A stretch of 42,973 bases of DNA from a virus (lineage: Duplodnaviria; Heunggongvirae; Uroviricota; Caudoviricetes): IMG/VR virus record IMGVR_UViG_3300011626_000001, positions 1 through 42,973 of that record; one strand, written 5' to 3'. Shown piece by piece: positions 1 through 7,646 of this stretch (position 1 is its first letter; every line of letters starts with the position of its first letter). The position numbers and the translations under genes were made by a program. The notes under the pieces were generated by a model. It was not told the origin of the DNA and did no database searches. It worked only from the letters and a program-made list of their open reading frames with translations.

Positions 1-309
1 TGAATTCAGGACTAAAATTTCTTCGTTTCATTGGTGCACCTATATTGTTCTGAGGTGAGCATATCACCTCTGTTCAGGTGGCCAAATTCAGTAAACCACT
101 TCAAGTACATGGATACGAGACGCGAGATGATGCAATGGTGGGCTGACTACATAGACGGAAAGGTTAGCTGAGGATTAGCAATCATTGGCTCTGCGGCTGT
201 GAGATTACTCTATATTAGAAGCGGGACCTTATAATCTTCTCCGCAAAATCATAACATTCGTTCGCACACAGCAGCACAAACAACCATAAAGTTACACACC
301 TTCATGATT

Positions 310-331
310 GCCCGCTTTAAGCGGGCTTTTT
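310..331 (+). terminator. Terminator-like hairpin GCCCGC-TTTAA-GCGGGC followed by T-run; same hairpin family as the array at 35.0-35.5 kb
   Basis: Perfect 6-bp inverted repeat plus T5 read directly; no obvious plus-strand gene upstream, so the terminated transcript is unknown. Confidence 0.4.
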
Positions 332-392
332 CATGCCTGCGGCCTGTTGGACATTTATACTGTACTGCCCCGGGTGACACTCAGCATCCCAT

Positions 393-734
393 TCATATCG
401 TCGGCCGGTCCGGTTCTTCATCGTCGAGAATCGTCGCCGTCACTTTACCCAGCACGATGATCCTCTCCATCACATCGCCTTCCAGCGTTTCACCGTCTGG
501 CGTAATCAGCCCGGAAGAAAACAAAATCCCTATCATCGGATAGCCATCGTACTGAAACGCCACTTCATCACCTGCTTTCGCTCGTTCCGCGCTGTCCACG
601 ATGACAAAGCCATCTTGCGTCTCGATGCGGAAGCTGCTCGATGTGAAAGGCGTATAGTCCGGTTCCGCCTGGTTTAGGTCGTACGGCTCAAATGAGGCTG
701 TCACATCACGTATCCCATGTTGCGCAGCGCCCAC
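393..734 (-). CDS. Hypothetical protein (about 107-113 aa), second gene of the SOS-box operon
   Basis: ORF in track; GTG start overlaps the stop of the upstream 78-aa ORF (translational coupling); no family recognised. Confidence 0.4.
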   Translation of the reverse strand: MGAAQHGIRDVTASFEPYDLNQAEPDYTPFTSSSFRIETQDGFVIVDSAERAKAGDEVAFQYDGYPMIGILFSSGLITPDGETLEGDVMERIIVLGKVTATILDDEEPDRPTI

Positions 735-937
735 GTCTTGTTTTCCTTCACAGCGTCTATCTCAAAGAAATTCGACTGATAGCGCAGGATATACTCGTTG
801 CACTGCTCCAGCGTCCAGTGATGGTTGTACTTTGCCAGTGCCAGGCGGAACTCGTTCGTTGTCACCATCCGTCGGCTACGGCTGTCCAGTTTGATAGCGT
901 CCCGAAATGCCCAGCCAACTTCATACCCGCGCGCCAT
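701..937 (-). CDS. Hypothetical protein (78 aa), first gene of the SOS-box operon
   Basis: ORF in track; purine-rich SD (GAAGGGGGAA) before the ATG; LexA box about 20 bp upstream; no family recognised. Confidence 0.45.
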   Translation of the reverse strand: MARGYEVGWAFRDAIKLDSRSRRMVTTNEFRLALAKYNHHWTLEQCNEYILRYQSNFFEIDAVKENKTWALRNMGYVM

Positions 938-957
938 AAATTTCCCCCTTCAAAAAT

Positions 958-977
958 TACTGTATATAAACACAGTA
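958..977. promoter_or_regulatory. LexA (SOS) operator TACTGTATATAAACACAGTA overlapping a promoter
   Basis: Matches CTGT-N8-ACAG and 17 of 20 positions of the enterobacterial consensus TACTGTATATATATACAGTA; on the minus strand a TTGCCA -35-like hexamer lies 18 bp upstream. Confidence 0.6.
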
Positions 978-1127
978 ATATCGAGAGGGTTTTTTGGCAA
1001 GCCGCTGCGTTTGGGACTTTTGTAAGGAGTATGATGCGAAAGGGATTTTTTCGGAAGGTGTTGGCGTGAGCAGCTAACCTGTAGTCACTCACCCCGCAGC
1101 TTGCTGAGACAGGCGCGGTACGTAGCT

Positions 1128-1150
1128 GCCCCGTCGCCGGGGCTTTTTTA
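1128..1150 (+). terminator. Rho-independent terminator (GCCCCG-TCGC-CGGGGC + T6)
   Basis: Hairpin plus T-run on plus strand immediately beyond the tail-fibre stop; may end a short plus-strand transcript from the LexA-box promoter and/or act bidirectionally. Confidence 0.5.
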
Positions 1151-2230
1151 TCACGCGCCGGGAGTCAGTATTGCGGCTTTGATTTCGTCTATGTGCTTCA
1201 ACGCAGTATCGGGTTCTGTGAGCGCTAACTCTACCAGGCTGAAAAGCGACTTTATTGCTTCGGTGTGATAAGCCGCGGAGACCCCTGCGGTGTTGAGCGA
1301 CTTAAAGTCTTCGATAATTTTTCCGTCCGAAAACTCTCTCCGGCCAATGTTAATCACTGCTACCGGGCAAAATGACTCTACATCTTGAGCGATAAGGCCT
1401 ACCTCTGAGCCGCCATCCTGCTTGTCGTAAGTGCAACCGCGCCATGAAAGGACTGCTGCGAGCGGATTGGCTACGCATTGGATGTTGCTTTTATGCCTTT
1501 CATCAGAGCCATTAACCCAAGAACCTGGCGCGTTAGCATTGCCTGTAGAATAAAAATTCCAGTATTTGGAACCGTAACCCGCCCAGTCGAGCGTTATGAG
1601 AGCGTAAACATTCGTGCCCACTTGCTCGCCACAGCTTAGTGAGGCAAAGCCACCCTTGCTTGAAATGTTTGCCCCTCTTCCTTTCATAACTGAGCGAAAC
1701 GCTGGCGCATTGTTATATGAACCATTTGTTGCTGACGGATTTGCTGGCCCAACTACCTCTACATTGCTTGTCAGTGCGTTGAGTGCAGTAATATCGTTAT
1801 TGGAGCCAGAAGCAGCTTTGCTGTTTAGTGAGCCCGACAGGTAAAGCCATGAAGGCCCATTATATTGAGTGCCATCTGGAAGCGTGACCGTGATATTCCC
1901 TGATGAACTATACACCTGCTGCCAGTTGACCTTATCGAGATTCAGGCCGCGAATGGCTTTTGCTACATCAGCGGCCACCTGAGCGGTAATACCAACAAGA
2001 GCAGCATTTGGAACGGCTGTCCACGAAAGACCAGAAGCCGTCGGTCCGTTATAGGCTGTGATGAGCGTTACGCCGGTTGCTGAATCTACAGACTTAACGC
2101 CGAGGGTATATGTCACGCCGCCGACGATGGCGACAATAAAGTCATTCGCCTTTAACTCTGTGGTGAAGCTTGTGCCTGATCCGGCAACTGAGGTCGAATT
2201 ATTCGTGAGTGTGATAGTGCCTGCTGGCAT
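1151..2230 (-). CDS. Tail fibre protein with C-terminal intramolecular-chaperone (peptidase S74-like) domain
   Basis: G/S/T/N-rich beta-type N-terminal part; C-terminal segment with DERHKSNI and GLIAQDVE motifs typical of self-cleaving tail-fibre chaperone domains. Confidence 0.75.
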   Translation of the reverse strand: MPAGTITLTNNSTSVAGSGTSFTTELKANDFIVAIVGGVTYTLGVKSVDSATGVTLITAYNGPTASGLSWTAVPNAALVGITAQVAADVAKAIRGLNLDKVNWQQVYSSSGNITVTLPDGTQYNGPSWLYLSGSLNSKAASGSNNDITALNALTSNVEVVGPANPSATNGSYNNAPAFRSVMKGRGANISSKGGFASLSCGEQVGTNVYALITLDWAGYGSKYWNFYSTGNANAPGSWVNGSDERHKSNIQCVANPLAAVLSWRGCTYDKQDGGSEVGLIAQDVESFCPVAVINIGRREFSDGKIIEDFKSLNTAGVSAAYHTEAIKSLFSLVELALTEPDTALKHIDEIKAAILTPGA

Positions 2231-2244
2231 ATTTTTCTCCGGGC

Positions 2245-2270
2245 AATAAAAAACCCGGCGCAGTGCCGGG
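2245..2270 (-). terminator. Rho-independent terminator (CCCGGC-loop-GCCGGG + T7 on minus strand)
   Basis: Inverted repeat and T-run read on minus strand, between the two fibre genes. Confidence 0.5.
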
Positions 2271-2292
2271 TTATATTCGTTTAAGGGATTAA

Positions 2293-3378
2293 TCAGAAAT
2301 AGTAGCTGGCTTCAATGCAGGGAAGCTGGCAGGCCGCCTGAACAGCTTTCGGGTACTGATAAACAGCGATTTCCCTGCCTGTAGATTTGGCCCGGGCAGT
2401 GGAAATTGCGTTGCCGTTCATTTTCATGCCGGACTCAAGGCACTTCCTGAAGCTGTAAATGCTGTTGTTCCTTGAGTAATCGCCCCTCTGCACACCGAGA
2501 CTGCATAAAGGCACCATCGGCTGTGAAACGGAACCGGTCGGATTTACCCATGAAAGAACTTCGCCAGTCGAGCCGTCGAAATTTTCATAAGCGCCCATGT
2601 CATAATAAGCATCGGTCCACATGACGGGCGGGTATTTACTGGAGTAGGTTACCTGGTTGGCGGCATTCCTGATAACCATGCCGTAGCCCGAAACAGGGAG
2701 CGATGGCGAGAACCCACAAGAAACAATGACAATCTGAACATTGCTTACTGACCCGCCCTGCACCGAACCGTCAATACTGCCAAATGATGTATAAGTCCTT
2801 ATGGCATTGGTTGCCCTGTCAAGGTATAGCGGCGTATCGGTATTTGACCACCTGGCAAAAACAATATAATTCCCGAGGTTCAGCACGTCAGATGGAATTG
2901 CCCATTCGCCGCTGATATTTATTGTTGCCCTGTAGGTCACAAATCCCAGATATGAAACATCCCCTATTTCCATAAAGTTGGAGCCATTGGTGATTCGAAC
3001 TCCATACTGAACGGCGGGGTTAGCTGCATAAGACACAGAAAAAACGTCTGCATAACCGGCCTCAACTGCAGATGGTGTATTTCCATTGGGGCTAATATAT
3101 TTCGCGCTATAGATTAATGAGCTTCCGTCAAATGAAAGGCTTTTTATATAGGTCATCGGCGGCCCTGCGGGGTTTGTTCCCTCATAAACCCTCACCAGAT
3201 TACGCGGCACAATCAGCGCCCGGCTGCCCGCAGGCTGCTGCTTAAAACCGCCAGCAGAGCCTGCATTTGCCATCATTGATGCGCTGCCGAGATAAGATGC
3301 GTACCGCATTGAGGCATCGAGTATTATTTGCTTGCCGCCATCATCTGGCGTGATTCTCACTCCGTAAATATCCGCCAT
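2293..3378 (-). CDS. Putative tail fibre / receptor-binding protein (361 aa)
   Basis: Position directly after the J-like gene; beta-rich composition; function inferred from context only. Confidence 0.45.
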   Translation of the reverse strand: MADIYGVRITPDDGGKQIILDASMRYASYLGSASMMANAGSAGGFKQQPAGSRALIVPRNLVRVYEGTNPAGPPMTYIKSLSFDGSSLIYSAKYISPNGNTPSAVEAGYADVFSVSYAANPAVQYGVRITNGSNFMEIGDVSYLGFVTYRATINISGEWAIPSDVLNLGNYIVFARWSNTDTPLYLDRATNAIRTYTSFGSIDGSVQGGSVSNVQIVIVSCGFSPSLPVSGYGMVIRNAANQVTYSSKYPPVMWTDAYYDMGAYENFDGSTGEVLSWVNPTGSVSQPMVPLCSLGVQRGDYSRNNSIYSFRKCLESGMKMNGNAISTARAKSTGREIAVYQYPKAVQAACQLPCIEASYYF

Positions 3379-6050
3379 CAGTTAAGTTTCCCCGCTTTAA
3401 ACCTCTCCACGCCGTTGGCGTCATAAACAGCCAGCCCCGTTTCATTAAGTACGCTCCCTCCGGATGTACCTGAGCCTCCATATAGTTCAAAGGTGCCGTC
3501 GTTTCGCATAATCGTTCCCGATTTCCCGGCAACGTAATTTGCTGAGTACCACGACCCCACTTTAGCGAGCGTAATCGAGGCGTAGTTGATAAGCGCATCA
3601 TTGATAAACACCTGACCATTAACGGCAGTAAACGCCAGCTGGTAGCTCTGGTTAGTTGTGTTGTAAATCGCAAAGGTGTCTGCACTGAATAAGGCAAAAG
3701 ACTGCGTAGAGCCGCCATTCCCTTCAATGCCCAGCTGCATACCGGCCACATATTTCGTGCCATTCTTGTCAATCTGGACTTTTACGCCCCACTGAGCAGA
3801 CAATTTCCCGCTCAGATCAGCGTAAGCGCTGGATACCTGCTGTACTGATGAGGTGTTCTGGTCAGACTGCGCCTGAATCTGATCCATACGTTGTGCGTAG
3901 GCCGAATCATTCGTCGCGATGGTCTGCCTGACGCTGATGATATCAGCGCGGTTGCGCCCGCTAGCTTCAAACTGATGATCTACGGAAGCGTCCAGGTTAA
4001 GCGCGTTCTGGAGGATTGCATCAATACCCGTATCGATAGTGGAGCTAAGCCTGTCAAAAGCTTCTGACTTGCGTATTTGCGTGTCGATGTAATCAATCAG
4101 CTCACCAGTATCCGTGTTACACACTACGGGAACCTCAACAAACGCCGACGTTCCAAATGCGTTTATAGTCCGCACGTACCAGTAATAGGTTGGTCCAATC
4201 TTGAGCTCGTGTGCCGTCCAGTTGCTGCCAATACCTGCCCGGCTGGCATTGGCTTCCACGGTTGCCTGGGTGGTGTTTGGGAGCTTCGTTAAGCCTGACG
4301 TCCAGAAATCAAACTGCGTCGAAACATTCGTGATCTCATTGATGCGAGGAATGAGCGTTACAGCAAAATACCCCTGCTTTTGTTCAACGACAGAAGGCGG
4401 CGGCGGCGCTTCGATGCTGAATTCAAGATAGGCCTCCGGTGACTGGGCGCCCATCTGGTTTACAGCTATAACGTGTGCAGTATAAGTATCGCGCAGCAGG
4501 CCGGTCAGGCGAGTGAATGAACCAGGTACCTGAACGGAAAGAACCAGTTCCCCATCCTTGCGAATAAGAACCTGGTTATAAACATACTGACCAACGTTCT
4601 GCCATGAAAGCACGCCCTGAACTACCTGTCCGATTTCCTCAACGGTATATTTCAGGTTCTGAGGCTGAGCGACGCCTCCTGTAGGAAGTTGCGTAAATGG
4701 TGGGCGCTCAATAGGCTTGCCAATGGCATCACCCCACACCTCAGCAGTTTCCTGCTTCAGCGTCAGTTGCACACCATTCTGGACGCCAAATTTCCAGTCG
4801 GTTACCCGCATTTCAACGTCAGTAATACCGAGTGATGGAAAATTAACCTTCACGTACATGCCCGGTCGATATCGGTAGCCGCTCAGATTGAGAGTGACGT
4901 TCATCGTTCTGGAGATGCGTGTACGTTTAAGCTTAACGTCAGCCAGACGCTGCGCCTGAAATTCAGAGGTAACAAAGCGCAGTTTGAGGTCTTGTGAGAT
5001 TTCCACGCCGTCTTCTGCCACCCACTCAGAGACTGAGACGGTTGGGAAATCCACCTCGGAAAACCGCTGCATCGGGTCGATAAAGGTGCCTTTAATGGTA
5101 TTCACACGTTCTGATTGCGATACTTCAGGCATCATTTCTATGTCGCCAGCGAGCTGACTTTCGGTAATCACCTCTACAGCTGGCCCGTAATAGGCCCCGA
5201 CGAGGATGCCGTGTTTGCCAGCAATGTAGGTCGCCTCGCCTGCGCATGCTGAAAGCATGGCCTCCAGTATGCTTGCCTTATTCTCGCTCAGGTCAAATTC
5301 ACCATTAATGGTGTAACGCGGCTCCGTCTGATTACTGCTGCTTGTTACCCTTTCATCTGAAATATTTGCCGCTTCCTTGAACTGGTCCCAGTTAATGTCT
5401 GAGTCAGGCACTTTCAGGTAATTGCGGTAATAATCCAGGATGCACAGAGCGGCATTATTGCTGTAAACCGTGGCGCCGGTTCTGGGGTCATAAACCTTTT
5501 TGCCCATCTTCTCGACGGTGATGTTAGGGATACCCGCGGGGAATTTCTCCGCATCAAACTTCAGCGTCACCCTGAGCCAGCTGATGCCTTTACCAATCAT
5601 GTCCTCTTTCCATGACGGCGCGTTCTGCAGCAGGTAGGGGTCTGCAGTCTGTCGGTCGATGTGCACCTCGTAAGAGGCTTTATCGCCAAACGTAGAGATG
5701 TCATTGTCACCCAGATAAACTGCACCTACGCCAGTAATTGGATGCCCGGCAAGCGTAATTGCAAGGTGAAGAAGTTCGCCATCTGTCTGCTCTCCTGGTT
5801 GCTCCTCAGAAAAGAAAAGCGTCCCGGCAGAAAGGGATTTCCCGTAAATTACCGTCTTTGCACTGGCAGCGGCTCTCAGTACCTGCTTGCGTTCCTGAGT
5901 ATCCCTGTAACCGTTCATTGATGGTTTTTTTGTAAGGGCCTGAGAAGCAAGCTGGGCGGCTATGGTAATAACCATGGCAATGGCGTAAGCCTGATTCGCT
6001 ACAGCAATACCGCCCGCGATAGCGGCCACAACGGGAATAGCAGCAGGCAT
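3378..6050 (-). CDS. Host-specificity / central tail tip protein (J-like, 890 aa)
   Basis: Large protein directly after the minor tail proteins; N-terminal hydrophobic region and repeat-rich beta-type C-terminal region; operon position. Confidence 0.8.
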   Translation of the reverse strand: MPAAIPVVAAIAGGIAVANQAYAIAMVITIAAQLASQALTKKPSMNGYRDTQERKQVLRAAASAKTVIYGKSLSAGTLFFSEEQPGEQTDGELLHLAITLAGHPITGVGAVYLGDNDISTFGDKASYEVHIDRQTADPYLLQNAPSWKEDMIGKGISWLRVTLKFDAEKFPAGIPNITVEKMGKKVYDPRTGATVYSNNAALCILDYYRNYLKVPDSDINWDQFKEAANISDERVTSSSNQTEPRYTINGEFDLSENKASILEAMLSACAGEATYIAGKHGILVGAYYGPAVEVITESQLAGDIEMMPEVSQSERVNTIKGTFIDPMQRFSEVDFPTVSVSEWVAEDGVEISQDLKLRFVTSEFQAQRLADVKLKRTRISRTMNVTLNLSGYRYRPGMYVKVNFPSLGITDVEMRVTDWKFGVQNGVQLTLKQETAEVWGDAIGKPIERPPFTQLPTGGVAQPQNLKYTVEEIGQVVQGVLSWQNVGQYVYNQVLIRKDGELVLSVQVPGSFTRLTGLLRDTYTAHVIAVNQMGAQSPEAYLEFSIEAPPPPSVVEQKQGYFAVTLIPRINEITNVSTQFDFWTSGLTKLPNTTQATVEANASRAGIGSNWTAHELKIGPTYYWYVRTINAFGTSAFVEVPVVCNTDTGELIDYIDTQIRKSEAFDRLSSTIDTGIDAILQNALNLDASVDHQFEASGRNRADIISVRQTIATNDSAYAQRMDQIQAQSDQNTSSVQQVSSAYADLSGKLSAQWGVKVQIDKNGTKYVAGMQLGIEGNGGSTQSFALFSADTFAIYNTTNQSYQLAFTAVNGQVFINDALINYASITLAKVGSWYSANYVAGKSGTIMRNDGTFELYGGSGTSGGSVLNETGLAVYDANGVERFKAGKLN

Positions 6051-6448
6051 TATTTAACCCTCCAGGCACTCAATAAATTTCCACGCAAACTGACGAGCCC
6101 GTTATCACCGGGAACCCATACTGAACCACCGTAAAAAACGCCTGCACACCTGCGGCCAGCATTCTCTACTACGGCAACATCACCTCGCTGAATCAGTGAG
6201 GGATTAACTTCATCCAGGAACCGGGCAAGAACTCGCTCAAGCGATCCACCTCCGCGCAGTAACGCTTTTTTGGCTCCGGTTTCGCTGTCATATTTCCCAC
6301 GAAATTCAGCCGCAAAATCCTCACCGCACATTGCCTCAACGCAATCTGCGGCAAACAGGCAGCAGTCATGCTCACCCCATGAAAAAGGCCGCTTTTCGGC
6401 GGCCTTAATTACGGTTACGAGTCTTTTCTGCCAGTCAGGGTGTTTCAT
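6050..6448 (-). CDS. Minor tail / tail assembly protein (132 aa)
   Basis: Operon position between minor tail proteins and tip protein; start overlaps upstream stop. Confidence 0.45.
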   Translation of the reverse strand: MKHPDWQKRLVTVIKAAEKRPFSWGEHDCCLFAADCVEAMCGEDFAAEFRGKYDSETGAKKALLRGGGSLERVLARFLDEVNPSLIQRGDVAVVENAGRRCAGVFYGGSVWVPGDNGLVSLRGNLLSAWRVK

Positions 6449-6454
6449 AAAACC

Positions 6455-7039
6455 TCACGAATAGGTAAAGCCTGGCGCATCCTTCTTGCTGCCCCAGAAG
6501 ATAGAGCGTTCTGACATTTGCGCGACATACCGAAAAATTCTGTCGCCGGGCTGAACAGACTGGTGTGACTCATCAGTAAACCGATCCGGGAAAGGCCTCT
6601 GCCAGTCTTCGAAAATATTACTGACCGTATACTGGAGCGCGTTGGTTTCGCCTGCAGTAGCGCCGGTACTGGAAACCTTGCCCTGAAATATCAGATCAGC
6701 AATCTGAACCTGGCCGTTGTCGTCTATTGCCACCAGGAAAATCTCTGCGGTTCGGCCTACACAGCGCTCATTAAGCGTTTTAGCGAACAGGGACATATCC
6801 AGCCCTGACAGCGTCATCTTCAACTGTGAGGGGCTCGTGGTGTTGGTTTCATTCACGTCATCAATAGAGCCCATTCGCCCCATGCCGTAATAAACAAAAC
6901 CATCTATTACGATCGTTCCCGTGCCGGAATGCACATAGGCGGTGCCGGACTCAAACTGGATGTTTGCGGCCACAACAACAGTGACACGATCTCGTGATAA
7001 CCAGTCCACCATTGAGTCTGAAAACGGTGAATACATCAT
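6455..7039 (-). CDS. Minor tail protein (194 aa)
   Basis: Operon position after tape measure; coupled with neighbours. Confidence 0.5.
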   Translation of the reverse strand: MMYSPFSDSMVDWLSRDRVTVVVAANIQFESGTAYVHSGTGTIVIDGFVYYGMGRMGSIDDVNETNTTSPSQLKMTLSGLDMSLFAKTLNERCVGRTAEIFLVAIDDNGQVQIADLIFQGKVSSTGATAGETNALQYTVSNIFEDWQRPFPDRFTDESHQSVQPGDRIFRYVAQMSERSIFWGSKKDAPGFTYS

Positions 7040-7632
7040 CAGAATGCCTCCTCAAACTCGATAGTCGTGGAAGAAATAAGGCCGGGCGCGCGCCGGATTT
7101 CACCCTGCGAGTTATCTTTCAGCTTGAATATTCCCCATGGGTTTTGCACTTCCAGCGGGGCACTGGCAGCAGGCGAAGAGCGCAGCATCGGCGCAAACTG
7201 AATAACCGCGGCGCCAGATGCATCACTGATGACATCAGCAGTCACTTTTTTCAGTTCGAAGTTAACCGTGAAGTAGTCGCCTGCTCGCAGAACCAGCGTG
7301 TTTGCTGCCCAGCCTTTTGTTGAAAGCGCCACGCCAGTCTGGTCAGCATCGGAAACCACAGGGCTGCCAGCCGGGGCTTTTCCTTCCCTTCCCCAGTCCC
7401 GTATTCTCACGCGTCCGTATTCTCCATCGAGAGCGACAATCACCGCCTCAATCTTACGGGCCTGAGCTTCTTCCAGAACGGCATACTCGACGGTGCACTT
7501 CCACCGCGAACCGGGAAAGCGAACCGTTTGTGACGCTCCGTTAAAGGGGGATCGGAAAGTTTTGGTGTTTGATTCGAGATGCCAGCTAAGCGAGGAAGGA
7601 TTGGGGCCGGGCCATTCCAGTACATCTGTCAT
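7039..7632 (-). CDS. Minor tail protein (distal tail-like, 197 aa)
   Basis: First gene after tape measure; overlapping start/stop with next gene. Confidence 0.5.
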   Translation of the reverse strand: MTDVLEWPGPNPSSLSWHLESNTKTFRSPFNGASQTVRFPGSRWKCTVEYAVLEEAQARKIEAVIVALDGEYGRVRIRDWGREGKAPAGSPVVSDADQTGVALSTKGWAANTLVLRAGDYFTVNFELKKVTADVISDASGAAVIQFAPMLRSSPAASAPLEVQNPWGIFKLKDNSQGEIRRAPGLISSTTIEFEEAF

Positions 7633-7646
7633 TCGTTACTCCTTCG

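Noticed and set aside
1-300. Looked for a tRNA gene, attachment-site core or integrase at the window edges
   Set aside because: No cloverleaf-compatible sequence or tyrosine/serine recombinase ORF seen; the integration module is presumably beyond the right end of the window
304-543. Plus-strand ORF (79 aa) at the left end
   Set aside because: Starts inside a terminator hairpin, low-complexity Ser-rich translation, and overlaps the better-supported minus-strand ORF
692-1069. Plus-strand ORFs (125 aa and 66 aa) spanning the LexA box
   Set aside because: They run through the operator/promoter and overlap the coupled minus-strand pair; only the short 12-codon plus-strand ORF after the box is kept as an alternative, inside the LexA finding
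3341-3772. 143-aa minus-strand ORF overlapping the 3' end of the J-like gene
   Set aside because: Entirely nested in a different frame of the well-supported J-like gene; Arg/Leu-rich junk-like translation
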